Source of the DNA: an uncultured bacterium
GTDB lineage: Bacteria; Verrucomicrobiota; Verrucomicrobiia; Limisphaerales; UBA8199
Assembly: GCA_963749495.1 (NCBI GenBank)
Contig: CAVVMW010000018.1
Location: 32,001-96,000 of the forward strand
DNA: 64,000 nt
Direction of reading: 5' to 3'
A model generated the notes under the pieces. It was given only the letters and a program-made list of their open reading frames with translations. It searched no databases and was not told the DNA's origin. Every line of letters starts with the position of its first letter. Within the stretch, counting starts at the first letter, position 1. The position numbers and the translations under genes are program-made. This document shows, piece after piece, positions 20,973 through 32,628 of this stretch.

Positions 20973-21881
20973 TCACCCGCCCCCGGCCTGAACCACGTCG
21001 TCCGCTGCCGCGGAGCGAGGCGTGTGCTGGCGCCACTGTCGTGGTGGCATGTCCTGCAGCCGGCGGAAGATGCGATTGAAGTGCTGCACGCTGCCGAAGC
21101 CGGACTCAAAAGCGATTTCGGAGCAGGTGTGATCGGTGCGCTTGAGCAAATCGCGGGCGCGGGAGATGCGCCGGCGCAGGATGAACTCGACCACACTGGT
21201 TCCGATTTCCCGCTTGAAGAGCCGCATCAAGCTGCGGGTGGAGACGCCGGCAGCGCGCGCGATGATGGACACCGTGAGCCGTTCCGCCAGGTGCACCTCG
21301 ATGAACGTGACGGCGCGTCCGAGCTGCGCTTGCACTCGGCCGGGCTCGGCCCGCAACCGGTGCTCGTCCGCGTGCGCCAGCCTGTTGGCAATGAGTTCCA
21401 GCAAGTCGAGCAGGTCCTGTTGCCGTTGCGGTGTCAGCACTCGGTTTTGCTGGAAGAGCTTGCGCAGCGGCGCGGAGTCGATGGCCGCGTCAACCAGGTC
21501 CCGGCGTGCGCTGCGCCACTCGGTCTGGGTGGGAGCGCGATCATGGACCTGCCCGCACTGGAGCAGCGCGATGGTCTCACCGTCGCGGACAACCGGGACA
21601 ATGAACTCAGTCAAACCGGCGTGGCAGCGGTAGCGCAAGACCTGCGCGCCGCGGCGGGCCTCCAGGAACCGGTCCTGGTCGCACATGGCGCAGAGCGCGC
21701 GCCCAGCGGCGCATTGCTCCAAAGCGAAGCAGAAAGGCTGCGAGCGCTTCTCCGGTTCGAACATGACCGCGTGCCGCCCGTCCGGGGAAACCAGCGCTAG
21801 GTTGACGCCAAAGAGACGCCAGGCGAGATCGGACAGATTGCGCAAGCCGGGCATGGCCGCGAGCTGGTCAAAGGCGCTCAT
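20973..21881 (-). CDS. AraC family regulator with PocR-type ligand-binding domain
   Basis: PFC..C..CD..YRCHAGL.E..VPV..CGQ sensor; C-terminal double HTH with SEIAFESGFGSVQHFNRIF. Confidence 0.9.
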   Translation of the reverse strand: MSAFDQLAAMPGLRNLSDLAWRLFGVNLALVSPDGRHAVMFEPEKRSQPFCFALEQCAAGRALCAMCDQDRFLEARRGAQVLRYRCHAGLTEFIVPVVRDGETIALLQCGQVHDRAPTQTEWRSARRDLVDAAIDSAPLRKLFQQNRVLTPQRQQDLLDLLELIANRLAHADEHRLRAEPGRVQAQLGRAVTFIEVHLAERLTVSIIARAAGVSTRSLMRLFKREIGTSVVEFILRRRISRARDLLKRTDHTCSEIAFESGFGSVQHFNRIFRRLQDMPPRQWRQHTPRSAAADDVVQAGGG

Positions 21882-22022
21882 GTGAACGCAGAAACAATGG
21901 CACAGGCAAAGCCGCTTGCAAGAACCAAGCCTTTCTTTCGGTCGCCGGAACTGCGGGGCGCATCTCGACGTTACCACCACCAAGGTAGGAGAAACGGGAC
22001 ACGGTTCGGGCAACCCAGATTC

Positions 22023-22245
22023 ATCCCGGAGGGATGAAAGAAGGTAGCCGGGGGTCGAAGCGTAGCGAGACCCCCGGTCCAAGGGTGACACGTCTCTGCA
22101 TCCCGGAGGGATGCCAGAAGGCAGCCCGGGCGCCCGGACGCTGGCTTCTGGCACCCCGTTCCGGGGTGCAGGATCCTTCCCCCGTTGACCGGGGGTCACC
22201 GCTGCGCGGCGACCCCCGGCTACCATCTGGCAACCCTCCGGGTTG
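22023..22245. repeat. REP-like element (ATCCCGGAGGGATG hairpin family)
   Basis: Repeated CATCCCGGAGGGATG and GGTAGCCGGGGGTCG/CGACCCCCGGCTACC inverted units. Confidence 0.8.
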
Positions 22246-22489
22246 CCATGCGGCTTGGCAAGACTGGTCTCCCGATTTCCGCCCCTGCTCTGGAGGTGGT
22301 GGCACTGTCGAGATACGCCCGGAATGGCTCCCGGTGTCCAAAAACCGAGCTGTGCCGCTTGGCGGGATCGGTTCATAAAATGGCGCAGTCCGTGTGGCAA
22401 AAGCCGCCCATCCGCAGTAATCTGGTCCCGAAAAGAAGCCCAATGCTGCACCATCATTTCAATCCATCGAACCTCGACAGGGAGATACC

Positions 22490-25400
22490 ATGAACGCGCG
22501 CTACAAATTGAATGAACTGAGCCTCGTGCTGATGTCGCTGATTTTTCCAACGACCGCTTGCCTCGCCGCCTCGGAGACAATCTTCCCCGACGCGGTCAGT
22601 CCGGCGGCCGAATACTATGACGCGCCGAGCTGGGAGTTAGGCACGATCTTCCGCCCCACCGCGCCGGGCCAGATTACGCAGGCGCGCGTGTTTTCCCTGG
22701 CCGACGAGTCGGGCAATCACGTCGTGTCCATCTGGCTCAATTCCCCGGAGACACTGCTCTTCAGGACGAATTGGAATTTTGGGGGCGATGGGGCGTGGAT
22801 CACCCTGCCGATCCCCAATCTGCGGGTCCAGGCAAACGGCGACTATACCATTTCGATCACAACCACGGCTGCCGGCATGTATCCGGCAAACAGCGACTAT
22901 TTTGACACGCCGGGCGACGACGGGCAGCACTTGTCGTGGCCGCAAGGGGCAGGGGTATTTGACGCCACCGCGGGGAACCGGCCTGCCAGCAGTTACCATG
23001 GCACTGCCTACCTGCGCGACATCGTTTTCGAGGCGGACGCTGTCTTTCCGGTCATGGGCGTCCAGGGCAATGGACTGGCCATCCCCTCGGGCGAGGTGAG
23101 TCCCAGCAGTGGGGACGGCACCCAGTTTGGCGCAGTGAAACTTGGGGGCAGCCCCCAGTCGAAGACGTTCACGGTCCTTAATTCCGGCACAGCGAACCTG
23201 GTTTTCTCGGCTGTTCCGCCGGTTGCCATCATGGGCCCGCAGAGCGGGGATTTTGCCGTGGTTAGCCAGCCGGTGTCTCCGGTGGCGCCGGGGGGAAGCA
23301 CAACCTTCACCATTCAATTTGCCCCTTCCGCGGCCGGGTTCCGCGATGCGACGGTCATCCTCACGAATAACGCGGCGGTGCCTTATCAGTTTGCCATCGA
23401 AGGTCTCGGCATCGGAGGTGGTGGCTATACCGTGCTGGGGAATCAGACCGCTACGACCGTCCAGACGCTCCCCTCCGGGCAAATCACCGGGAGCCGGTTC
23501 GAGGCCCTGCGGAACATGCGTCTCACACAGATCAGCGTCCAGGTTGCCCAATTGACCGCCGCCGGCGGCAGTGCGGTGCTCAAGGCCGCGATTTACTCGG
23601 ACAACGGCGGCGCTCCGGACCAGTTCTTGAGTGGCACCTCGGAACTGGCGAACCCGACCAACGGATGGTACTCGCTGCCGCTGACAGCGCCTGTCAATGT
23701 TGCGGTTTTCAGCAACTATTGGCTGGTCGTCTGGGCAAACGCGGACCAAATCGCGCTCTACGCCAACTCGGCAGGCCAGCAACAATGGAGCCCATACCCT
23801 TATGACGTTGCTTGGCCCAACCCGCTTGACCTTTCAGGCGGCTCGGGCAGCGGCAACCTGTGCCTCTACGCCACGGGAACGCCCACGGACGACACCGGGC
23901 CGGAAATGGAAGTGCAGGGCAGCGGGGTGTGGATTCCATCCGGAGGCACCAATGTCACGTCCGCCAACGGCACCGACTTCGGCGGCTCCAGCCTTTACGG
24001 CGCGGCGCGTTCGCAGACCTTCACGATCCTGAACATCGGCCAGACCAGCCTTGCTCTTACCGGCGCCCCCAGCGTGACGGTGGTTGGCCCGCAGTCGGGT
24101 GACTTCGTTGTCACCGCCCAACCCGCTGCCTCGGTGCCCGCGGGTGGCAGCACCACCTTGACCCTGAAATTCACCCCCTCGGCAGCCGGCCCCCGGCAGG
24201 CCACAGTCCTCATCGCCCATGCCGACAGCCCAACTAACGCGTATTCATTCGCCATTCAGGGCGAGGGCCTGGACCTTTCCGGAGCGGGCGTGATAGGCGA
24301 TGACGGCGTCGGGACCGATTCACGACCCATCGGCAACGTGATCACTGGAAATCGTTTTATGGCGCCAGCCGACCTGCGGATTACCGCGCTGCGCGCCAAG
24401 ATCATAAAGTCGTCAGCCAATTTCGCCTGCGCGGTGTATTCGGACAACAACGGCGTTGCGGACCACTTGCTGGCGGCCAGCGCGGTGGTTGCCGCGGCCA
24501 CAAACGGCTGGAATGCCTATCCCTTGACCTCGCCATTGGACCTGGCGGCCGGCAACTTCTACTGGCTGATGATAGCGTCCGATTCAACGGCGGCAGCGGT
24601 TCAAATCGATTATGTGGGCACTGGCTTCATCGGGGCTTATGCCGTCACGGACCTGAGCGGGCCGTGGCCTGATCCAATCCTGCTGACGCCGATTCAGTAT
24701 GAACCCCGCACTTACTGCATCTATGCGGAAGGCACCCCGATCACGCCGGCCCCGGGGCGGCAATGGATTTGAGAGGCGGCGGGCAACTCATTGTTTTCGG
24801 AGACACCTTGCCTTCCACCCTCGACGGCACCGATTTCGGCAACGCGCCCATCAAGACAGGCGCTTTGGATCACACCTTCACGATCCAGAATTCCGGCGCC
24901 GCCCCGCTCCTGCTCACCGCCGCGCCGCCCGTGGTGATCACCGGGCCCCAGGCGGCTGATTTCCATGTGACTTCGCCACCGGCCTCCCCCGTGGCTCCGG
25001 GAGGCAGCACGACGTTCACCGTCCGTTTCGCGCCTTCCGCCATAGGCTTGCGCGCCGCCACGGTCAGCATCGCCAACAATGACATCGATCCCGATAAGAA
25101 TCCTTACCAGTTTGCAGTCCAGGGCGCCGGTTTCATCGTCGGTCGTGAGTCCATCTTCCCGGACAGCCAGGTCGGGGCCGACGTTAACAATGACGGGACG
25201 CAGTACAATCTGGGCGTCATCTTTTCCTCCGCGGTCAACGGCGCAATCACCGAGCTGCGCGTCTTTTCTGTCGCCGGCGACACCGGCGCCCACACCGCGT
25301 GGATCTGGAACACCAGCGACGGGACGGCGCTCGCCGGACCCTACACCTGGGACTTCGGCGGCGTCACAGGCTGGATTTACCTCGACATTCCGCCCGTGAC

Positions 25401-26232
25401 CATCCAGGCCGGCAACCAATACACCGTCAACATTACGACGGGCCAGGGCCCCATGCACGACTACGCGAACATCGCCGGCATCCTGACGGACGCCAGTGGC
25501 AACGGCATAGACCTGTCCTACCCGGCGAGCGCGGGCGTGTTCATAAACCCGGCCAACGGACCTCCCCTCAACCAGATGCCGAACCAGACCTGGAATGGCA
25601 GCAGCTACCTCCGTGACATTGTGTTCGTCTCGGCAGGGAGCGCGGCCGTTTTCCCAGACATTGCCGTTGAAGGGAATGCCAACCCGATTCCCGACGGGTA
25701 CAGTTCGCCCGACGCGACCAACAACACCTATTTGGGCGCCGCCTCGGCCGGCGGCGGGACCGCGGATCTCTCTTTCGTCATCACTAACGCCGGCACCGCG
25801 CCCTTGAATCTGACCGGCACGCCGGCAGTGGCCATCACTGGCCCGCAGGCGGGCGATTTCAAAGTGGTGGCCCAACCCTCCACGCCCATCCCTCCGGGCG
25901 GAAGCTCGCGTCTGACGATTCGCTTTGCGCCCTCCGCAACGGGCGTCCGGAAGGCCATCGTGTCGATCCAAAACGATGACAAGAACCCCTTCTATTTCTC
26001 GATCTCCGGCACTGGCAACACCCCGGTGCGAATCACGGCCATCACCCCCGACTTGAAGGCCGGCAACGTCACGTTGCAGTGGCAGGGCCCGGGCCAGCAA
26101 TTCCAGGTGCAACGGGCCAACGCGGTCACCGGGCCGTTCACCCCGATTGGGGCGCCGCAATCCGGCACGACTTACACCGACCTCGGCATCCTGAAAACGA
26201 ATGCCAGTGCATTTTACAGGATTAGCTATTAG
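22490..26232 (+). CDS. Large secreted protein with DUF4082-like and choice-of-anchor-D (Ig-like) repeats and a C-terminal ...FYR domain; frameshift near 24760
   Basis: Signal peptide; ELGTIF..GQIT..RVF twice; four GT.FG...TFT..N.G...L..GPQ..DF.V modules; ends SAFYRISY. Confidence 0.82.
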
Positions 26233-26299
26233 TGTGAGCGGCATGAAGTCATCAGCAGGCTTGTGTCTGGCTCTCCAGGAACCGGCGCCAAGTCCGAAG

Positions 26300-26572
26300 G
26301 TTTTGGACTGCGCCAGTCCTCTGGCGCTTTTTAGACCTTGGGAACGCGAAAGCGCCCCCGATGCATCCAGTGCGCTCAGTCTTGTCCCGGAGGGACACTT
26401 GACAATAGCCCAACGTTTCAACGTTGGGTTTAGCCGGCACGGGGGAATAAGTCCCGTAGGGACGGCTGAAAGGACGGTGGATTTCATCCGTCCCTACGGG
26501 ACTCATGATCATTCGGTGCGGGTGAACCCAACGTTGAAACGTTGGGCTATTCTCAGATGTCCCTCCGGGACA
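26300..26572. repeat. Half REP-A (26300-26331) plus REP family D (GTCCCGGAGGGACA..AATAGCCC..CGTTTCAACG; 26384-26572)
   Basis: Long inverted repeat; a homolog is at 37916-38105. Confidence 0.85.
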
Positions 26573-26623
26573 GGACTTGGGCGCGTCCAGCCGGTTTCCG
26601 CGGAAATCTACCATTGTCGAACT

Positions 26624-27386
26624 ATGAACCGGCGTGTAACCCCGTGGCCCCGCGGCTTCACGCTCATCGAGCTGCTCGTCGTCATCGCGATCATTGCCAT
26701 TCTGGCGAGCATGCTCCTGCCGGCGTTGGCGCGGGCGAAGCAGAGAGCCCAGAGAATCAGGTGCGCGTCGAACCTCAAACAAGAAGGGGTCGCCTGCGCG
26801 ATGTATCTGGCCGACAACGGCGAGCGATTTCCCACCAACGACAAGGGCATCGATTGGACGTACTACTCCTGGGGCGGCAAAGAGGGCGAAATCCCGGTTG
26901 ATGGAACAGTCGTGGGAAGTCAGATTCGGATGCTCAACCCTTACATTATCAAAACGGGAGCGGTAGCGACCAATGAAGGGGGGGCCGCCCTCGTATTCTC
27001 CTGCCCCAGCGACACCGGCGCCAAGCATGGCGCCTGGCCCAAGGATCTTCTCCCAACGATCTTTGACACGGACGGCAGCAGCCATTTTTACAATTGCAGC
27101 GCCAACGACAACGATGGTGACAAAGGGTTGTTTCGCAAGAAGACCTCCGATGTCCGGAACCCCAGCCGGATGATCCTCGCCAACGATTTCGCCTTCAATT
27201 GTTACTTCCAGTATGTGACGTGGGGGAGGAAGGTGTTCCAGTACATGTACCTGGCACGACAAGACCAGCCTCGGCTACGGCAACGTTCTCTTTGTCGATT
27301 CGCACGTGGCGTATTACCGGGCCACCCCCGATAAGCCCGACTTTCAGCACGGCAAGGACTGGACGTTTATCGTTAGTGATTATTGA
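26624..27386 (+). CDS. Prepilin-type N-terminal cleavage/methylation protein with H-X9-DG-like C-terminus; frameshift near 27250
   Basis: [41 protein letters not shown]. The shifted frame reads [19 protein letters not shown]. Confidence 0.88.
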
Positions 27387-27393
27387 TCCGGAA

Positions 27394-28059
27394 TTGTCTA
27401 AGTATTCAACACCTGGTTATGGCATCCCTGGCCGTCGTTCAACGGCGGCGTGGGCAGGCGTTTGTCTGGCGCTCCATCTCGGCGGTGGCGCCCTGTTCGC
27501 CGCCCGGCTGCAGCTCGATCTCACGGGCGCCTGGGATTTCTATCCGGATGTGGGCGGCGCAGCCCTGGCCAGCGCGGTCGTGAAGCCGGGCAGGATTATA
27601 GTGCCCGGCGCGTGGCAGGCGCAAGGGTACGGGCAGCCGGGCGGCACGATTCCGGCTTCCCTCCTCAACGCCAATACTTCGCCGGCCGATCACCTGCGCC
27701 ACAATCTGACTGCCCGGTGCCTGTACGTTCGGTCGGTCGAGGTGCCGGTGTCATGGAAGGGGCGGCGGGTTTTCCTGGCCGTGCGCCGGGTCTATACCTG
27801 TGCGGACGTCAGCGTGAACGGGAAGCGCATCGGGGAATGGGAAGGCTTCTGCAGTCCGTTCGAGTTCGATGTCACCGATGCCATCCTCTTTGGGGCCCGG
27901 AACCAATTCGTCATCGGGGTGGACAACCGAAGCGTTTTGGACTGCGGCAGTCCTCTGCCGCTTTCGTATTCTCAGAACCAGGGACTGAAAAGCGGCAGAG
28001 GACTGCCGCAGTCCAAAACCTGCGGGCTTGGGGTCGGTTCATGGAGAGCCGATCAATGA
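27394..28059 (+). pseudogene. Truncated GH2-type glycoside hydrolase (N-terminal sugar-binding domain only)
   Basis: LDLTGAWDF, IVPGAW..QGYG, W.G.RVFL, VNG..IG..EGF.SPFEFDVTD, N...IGVDN; then the frame runs straight into REP-A at ~27930. Confidence 0.75.
27933..28044. repeat. REP family A copy
   Basis: Core hairpin 27933-28019 plus a GGTTCATGG terminus. Confidence 0.9.
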
Positions 28060-28922
28060 TAATCAATATCCACACTCATTTCTTCCGGCCCGAAACGGAC
28101 TTTGGTCCCCAGTTGCTGGCCGACCTCAAGCGCTGCGGCGTGGAGACCGCGTCCTGGGGCAACGTCGGCCAGAGGCATCTGGAAACGACCGGGGCCGCCG
28201 ACGCGGCAATCGTGTTTGGCCTCCAGGCCGCCGCCACGGGCTGGAATGTGCCCAACGACGCGGTCGCCGGGCACGTGCAATTGGCGCCGGAGAGGCTGGT
28301 GTTCTTCGCCTCGATCGACCCCGGGCGAGCGGGCTTCCAGGACGAACTGGGGCGCTGCCACCAGGACCTGCATTGCCAAGGCGTGAAGCTGGCGCCGATT
28401 TACCAGGGCGTACACCCCCTGGATCCGCGGTATCGCGAGATTTATGCCTACTGCGAGAAGCACCGCCTGCCCATCCTCATCCACATGGCGACCACATTTT
28501 CTAGCGGCACGCCCTTGGAGTATGCCCGGCCGGCGCATATCGACCAGGTGGCGTTGGATTTCCCGGAACTCAAAATCGTGCTGGCCCACCTGGGGCATCC
28601 CTGGGAGGGTGAAACCATTGCCGTCATCCGGCGCAACGCCAACGTGTGGGCCGACCTGTCCGCCCTTTATTACCGGCCCTGGCAATTCTATAACTCGATG
28701 CGGTTGCTGACCGAATACCACGCCGAATCCAAAGTGCTTTTCGGCTCCGACTTTCCTTTCACCACCACGGAAGATTCGCTGAAGGGCATCCGCGCGTTGA
28801 ACTGTGTCGTGGGCCAGAGCGGGTTGCCGCGCGTGCCCGAGGAGATCATCGAGGGAATCATCCGCCGCGACGCGCTGCGCCTGCTGGGGCTCAGGCATCC
28901 TTTGGAGGACCGGCGGTCATGA
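28056..28922 (+). CDS. Amidohydrolase family protein (Amidohydro_2)
   Basis: IINIHTH, GVKLAP.YQ, LPILIH, IVLAHLGHPW, VWADLS, LFGSDFP. Confidence 0.9.
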   Translation: MIINIHTHFFRPETDFGPQLLADLKRCGVETASWGNVGQRHLETTGAADAAIVFGLQAAATGWNVPNDAVAGHVQLAPERLVFFASIDPGRAGFQDELGRCHQDLHCQGVKLAPIYQGVHPLDPRYREIYAYCEKHRLPILIHMATTFSSGTPLEYARPAHIDQVALDFPELKIVLAHLGHPWEGETIAVIRRNANVWADLSALYYRPWQFYNSMRLLTEYHAESKVLFGSDFPFTTTEDSLKGIRALNCVVGQSGLPRVPEEIIEGIIRRDALRLLGLRHPLEDRRS

Positions 28923-29959
28923 GGCTCCCAGCCACCATGCGGGCGCTCCAGCTCCAGGCCATTGACCGGCTCGTCGAAGTCCAGGTGCCCGTGCCCCGGC
29001 CCAAACCGGGCGAGGTGCTCGTCCGCACCGTGGCGACGACGATTTGCACCTCGGACCTCAACGACATTGCGCACAACCCGTTTGGCATCGCCCTGCCGCG
29101 GGTGATGGGCCACGAAGGCGCGGGCGTGGTCGCCGCGCTGGGCCGGGGCGCCAACGGCGTCCGCATCGGCGACCGCGTGGCGGCCCACCCGGTGATTCCG
29201 TGCGGCGCGTGCGACAACTGTCGGCGCGGCCTGGGACATCTGTGTTCGAACATGGGCCACCTGGGCCTGGACCGCGACGGCACGTTTGCCGAGTACCTCT
29301 GCATCCCGTCGGACCGGGTTCGCCGGGTGCCGAGCGGTGTGCGCATGAATGCCGCGTCGTTGCTGGAGCCGGTGGCGGTCTGCCTCGAAGCGCTGGAACG
29401 GGGCCGCATTCAACGAGGCGACTCGGTCCTGGTGGTCGGGGATGGTCCGTTCGGGATCATCATCGCGCGCCTGGCGGCCGGCTGCGGGCCGCGGAAAATC
29501 ATTTTGGTGGGACGCCATGATTTCCGTCTCAGCCAGGTGCCCGAAGCCGTAAGCGTTCACGAAAGACGCGCCACCGATGCGCGCCAGGCGGTCCTGGCCG
29601 CCAATGACGGGGTGGGTCTGGACGTGGCGATCATGGCGGCCGGAACCCAATCCGCCCTGGACCTTTGCGCGGCCAGTCTGCGCGCTCGGGGCCGGCTGGT
29701 GGTGTTCAGCTCGATCCAGGGCCGGGCCAGCTTCGACCTGTTCCGCTTGCACACGCAGGAATTGGAGATTCTGGGCGCGTGCAACGACCGGGACCTGATC
29801 GACCCGGCCCTGAAACGGTTGAGCGATCCGCAACTGCGAGTGGCTTCGCTGGTGACGCAACGGCTGCCGTTCGCCCAATGGCCGCGCGCCTTGCACCTGG
29901 CCCGGCACGGCAAAGATCAGGCCCTGAAGGTCGCGCTCATGTTTGGAGAGGACTCGTGA
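28919..29959 (+). CDS. Zinc-dependent (MDR) sugar/alcohol dehydrogenase
   Basis: ICTSD, GHEGAG, CxxCxxC...C, EPVAV, VVGDGPFG. Confidence 0.92.
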   Translation: MRLPATMRALQLQAIDRLVEVQVPVPRPKPGEVLVRTVATTICTSDLNDIAHNPFGIALPRVMGHEGAGVVAALGRGANGVRIGDRVAAHPVIPCGACDNCRRGLGHLCSNMGHLGLDRDGTFAEYLCIPSDRVRRVPSGVRMNAASLLEPVAVCLEALERGRIQRGDSVLVVGDGPFGIIIARLAAGCGPRKIILVGRHDFRLSQVPEAVSVHERRATDARQAVLAANDGVGLDVAIMAAGTQSALDLCAASLRARGRLVVFSSIQGRASFDLFRLHTQELEILGACNDRDLIDPALKRLSDPQLRVASLVTQRLPFAQWPRALHLARHGKDQALKVALMFGEDS

Positions 29960-31104
29960 AAATCACCGACCTTCAAGGCATCGTCCTGGAATCGCCTTAC
30001 CAGAACCAGCCGCCGGCAGGAAGCGAAGAGGCCCACGGCGTCAAGCATTGCCTGCTCCTCAAGGTCAGCACCGACGAAGGCATCACGGGATGGTCGGACG
30101 TGGAGACAGCGCCGCACGTTGGGGCCGCCGTAGTCGCCGCTCCATCGAGCGGCGCGGGGGTGTTCGAGGGGCTCAAGTCGCTGGTGATGGGCGAAGATCC
30201 GTTCGACGTGGAACGGCTCTGGGACAAGGTGTATCGCGGCACCATCTACTACGGGCGGCGCGGCGCGGCCGTGCAGGTGCTCTCCGGGTTCGATATCGCC
30301 TGTCACGACATTATCGGCAAGGCCATCGGGCGTCCCCTGCACAAGCTCCTGGGCGGCGCCTTCCGCCAGCGCGTGCGCGCTTACGCCTCCACCCTCTTCC
30401 GCCAGACGCCCGACGACATGAAGCGCGCCTGCGAGTTCTACTTGCGGCGCGGTTTCACCGCCATCAAGTTCGGCTGGGGTCCCTTCGGCCAGGACCGTCG
30501 GCGCGATATCGCCCTGGTCGCGGCGGCGCGCGAGGCGATTGGGCCCGGCGTTGAGCTGCTGGTGGACCCGGGCTGGATGGTCAACCGCAGCGCCTGCGAG
30601 GCCATTGAACTGATCCGCGCCTTGGAGCCATACCGCATCTTCTGGCTCGAGGATTTCCTGCACCCTGAATGTTATGAGGGCTACGCCCGTGTCAAAGAGG
30701 CGGGCCTCAAGACGCGGCTGGCCGCCGGCGAGCAGGAAGCCACCGCATGGGGCTTCCACGACCTCATCACGCGCGCCAAGGTGGACGTGGTGCAGCCGGA
30801 CCTGAGCCGGTGCGGCGGCTTGAGCCAGGCGCGCAAGATCATCTGGGAGGCGCAGCGGGCCGGTGTGGACGTGTGCCCTCACGCGTGGCTCACGGACTTG
30901 CTCTCCGCCGCAAGCCTGCACGTCAATGCCTGCCTGGAACGCAGCCTCTTCCTGGAATACAACGTCTGCGACAACCCGATGCTCCGCGAAATCATCCGCA
31001 ATCCGATTCAAATGGACCCCGACGGCATGGTGCCCGTTCCCCAGGGGCCGGGCCTGGGCATCGAGATCGACGAGACGGCCGTGGAACGCTTTCGCGTGGG
31101 ATGA
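29956..31104 (+). CDS. Mandelate racemase/enolase superfamily protein (probable acid-sugar dehydratase)
   Basis: GTG start overlapping the previous stop; TDEGITGW, LSGFDIACHDIIGK, AIKFGWG, WLED, AAGEQ, VVQPD..RCGG, PGLGIE. Confidence 0.9.
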   Translation: MKITDLQGIVLESPYQNQPPAGSEEAHGVKHCLLLKVSTDEGITGWSDVETAPHVGAAVVAAPSSGAGVFEGLKSLVMGEDPFDVERLWDKVYRGTIYYGRRGAAVQVLSGFDIACHDIIGKAIGRPLHKLLGGAFRQRVRAYASTLFRQTPDDMKRACEFYLRRGFTAIKFGWGPFGQDRRRDIALVAAAREAIGPGVELLVDPGWMVNRSACEAIELIRALEPYRIFWLEDFLHPECYEGYARVKEAGLKTRLAAGEQEATAWGFHDLITRAKVDVVQPDLSRCGGLSQARKIIWEAQRAGVDVCPHAWLTDLLSAASLHVNACLERSLFLEYNVCDNPMLREIIRNPIQMDPDGMVPVPQGPGLGIEIDETAVERFRVG

Positions 31105-31781
31105 ATGCGACTTCTTTCACCAACGACTCTCAGCGCTTTGATTGGATTCGACATCACCTCTACGTGGCTGCTGTCTGCGACATTCTGGACAGCCTGGGCC
31201 ATCGGCAGCAGGCCATGCACCAGCGCCTGCGGCCCCTTGACCCGGCCAACTGCACCATCGTCGGCCGCGCCCGGACCATTCGTTGGATGGAGACTGATTA
31301 CGTTGTCGAGGATGATCCCTACGGCTTGGAGATCGACGCGATGGACTCGCTCAAACCGGGCGATGTGCCTGTCCACTCCACCGACTACGGCGGGACCAAC
31401 GCGCCCTGGGGCGAGTTGATGAGCACGGTGGCCAAGCGCAACGGCGCCGTCGGCTGCGTCTGTGACAGCCAGATTCGTGACTGCCGCAAGATTATCGAAC
31501 TTGGTTTCCCGGTTTTTTACCAAGGCATTCGGCCGCTGGACAGCAAAGGCCGCGGGCGGGTGATGGCCTGTGACGTGCCGGTGAAGTGCGGCGAGGTGCT
31601 CGTGCGCCCGGGCGAGCTAATCTTCGCTGATTTTGACGGCGTGGTTGTGGTGCCAAAGGCCGTGGAGGACGAGGTCCTGCGCCTGGCCCAGGAGAAGGTC
31701 GGCAAGGAAAATGACTCGCGCCGCGAACTGCTCAAGGGCCGCTCTCTTCGCGACGTGTACAACCAATACCATGTGCTTTGA
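31101..31781 (+). CDS. RraA-family (HMG/CHA-aldolase-like) protein
   Basis: VCDILD, GRART, APWGELMST, DSQIRD, VRPGELIFADFDGVVVVP. Confidence 0.88.
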   Translation: MNATSFTNDSQRFDWIRHHLYVAAVCDILDSLGHRQQAMHQRLRPLDPANCTIVGRARTIRWMETDYVVEDDPYGLEIDAMDSLKPGDVPVHSTDYGGTNAPWGELMSTVAKRNGAVGCVCDSQIRDCRKIIELGFPVFYQGIRPLDSKGRGRVMACDVPVKCGEVLVRPGELIFADFDGVVVVPKAVEDEVLRLAQEKVGKENDSRRELLKGRSLRDVYNQYHVL

Positions 31782-31784
31782 CTT

Positions 31785-32492
31785 ATGAACATACTGGCGG
31801 TCGGGGCGCATCCCGATGACATTGAAATCCTGTGCGCGGGCACCCTGGCGCGTTACGCCCAGGCAGGACACGCCGTGACCCTGGCCTCGTTCACGTGCGG
31901 TGATATGGGCGACACCCGGGTTCCGCCGCCTGAACTTGCGCGCATCCGCAAAGCGGAGTCGGAGGCCTCGGCCGCGATTCTTGGGGCGCGCTTGCTCTGG
32001 CCGGCCATCACCGATGAACTGGTCTTCCCCAACGAGGAGCAGCGCCGCATCATGATCGACCTTCTGCGCCAAGCCGATCCGGACGTCATTCTCACACACA
32101 GCCCGAACGACTATCATCCGGACCATCGCTACGTTTCGCAGCTTGTGTTTGATTCCTATTTTCAGAAGGGGCTGCCGCACTTGCCCAACCAGCGCCTGCC
32201 GGCCTGCCGGTTCGGCCAGGCACAGGTTTATTACATGGACAACCTCGGCGGCATCGCCTTCGAGCCGGCCGAATACGTGGACATCACGGAGGTGATCGAA
32301 ACCAAGTGCCGCATGCTGCAATGCCACCAGAGCCAGCTCAAGGGCATGAAGGACCTGGCCCGGACTGACATTGTGGAAATGGTTCGCATCCAGGCGGCCT
32401 TTCGGGGTCTGGCTGCGGGCTGCCGCTACGCGGAGGCCTTCCGCCCGCTCCAGGCCTTCCAGCGCGGCCTCACCCGCCGCATCCTGCCGTGA
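31785..32492 (+). CDS. PIG-L/LmbE family N-deacetylase
   Basis: ILAVGAHPDDIE, R..E...SA, ILTH.P.DYHPDH, CHQSQ. Confidence 0.92.
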   Translation: MNILAVGAHPDDIEILCAGTLARYAQAGHAVTLASFTCGDMGDTRVPPPELARIRKAESEASAAILGARLLWPAITDELVFPNEEQRRIMIDLLRQADPDVILTHSPNDYHPDHRYVSQLVFDSYFQKGLPHLPNQRLPACRFGQAQVYYMDNLGGIAFEPAEYVDITEVIETKCRMLQCHQSQLKGMKDLARTDIVEMVRIQAAFRGLAAGCRYAEAFRPLQAFQRGLTRRILP

Positions 32493-32546
32493 AGATCGAC
32501 CGCTCAGGCCGTGCGTTGCCCTGCAACCCTTGGCGACCAGGAATGC

Positions 32547-32587
32547 TCCCTCTCCCCATCAGATGGGGAGAGGGCCGGGGTGAGGGG
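32547..32587. repeat. REP family B (CCCTCTCCCC..GGGGAGAGGGCCGGGGTGAGGG)
   Basis: Same unit at 34582-34621, 34688-34728, 61326-61396, 61461-61501 and 63661-63715. Confidence 0.85.
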
Positions 32588-32628
32588 TCGTCCGTCTGTC
32601 GTGCATCCCGCGGCTCGCTCGGTGACGC

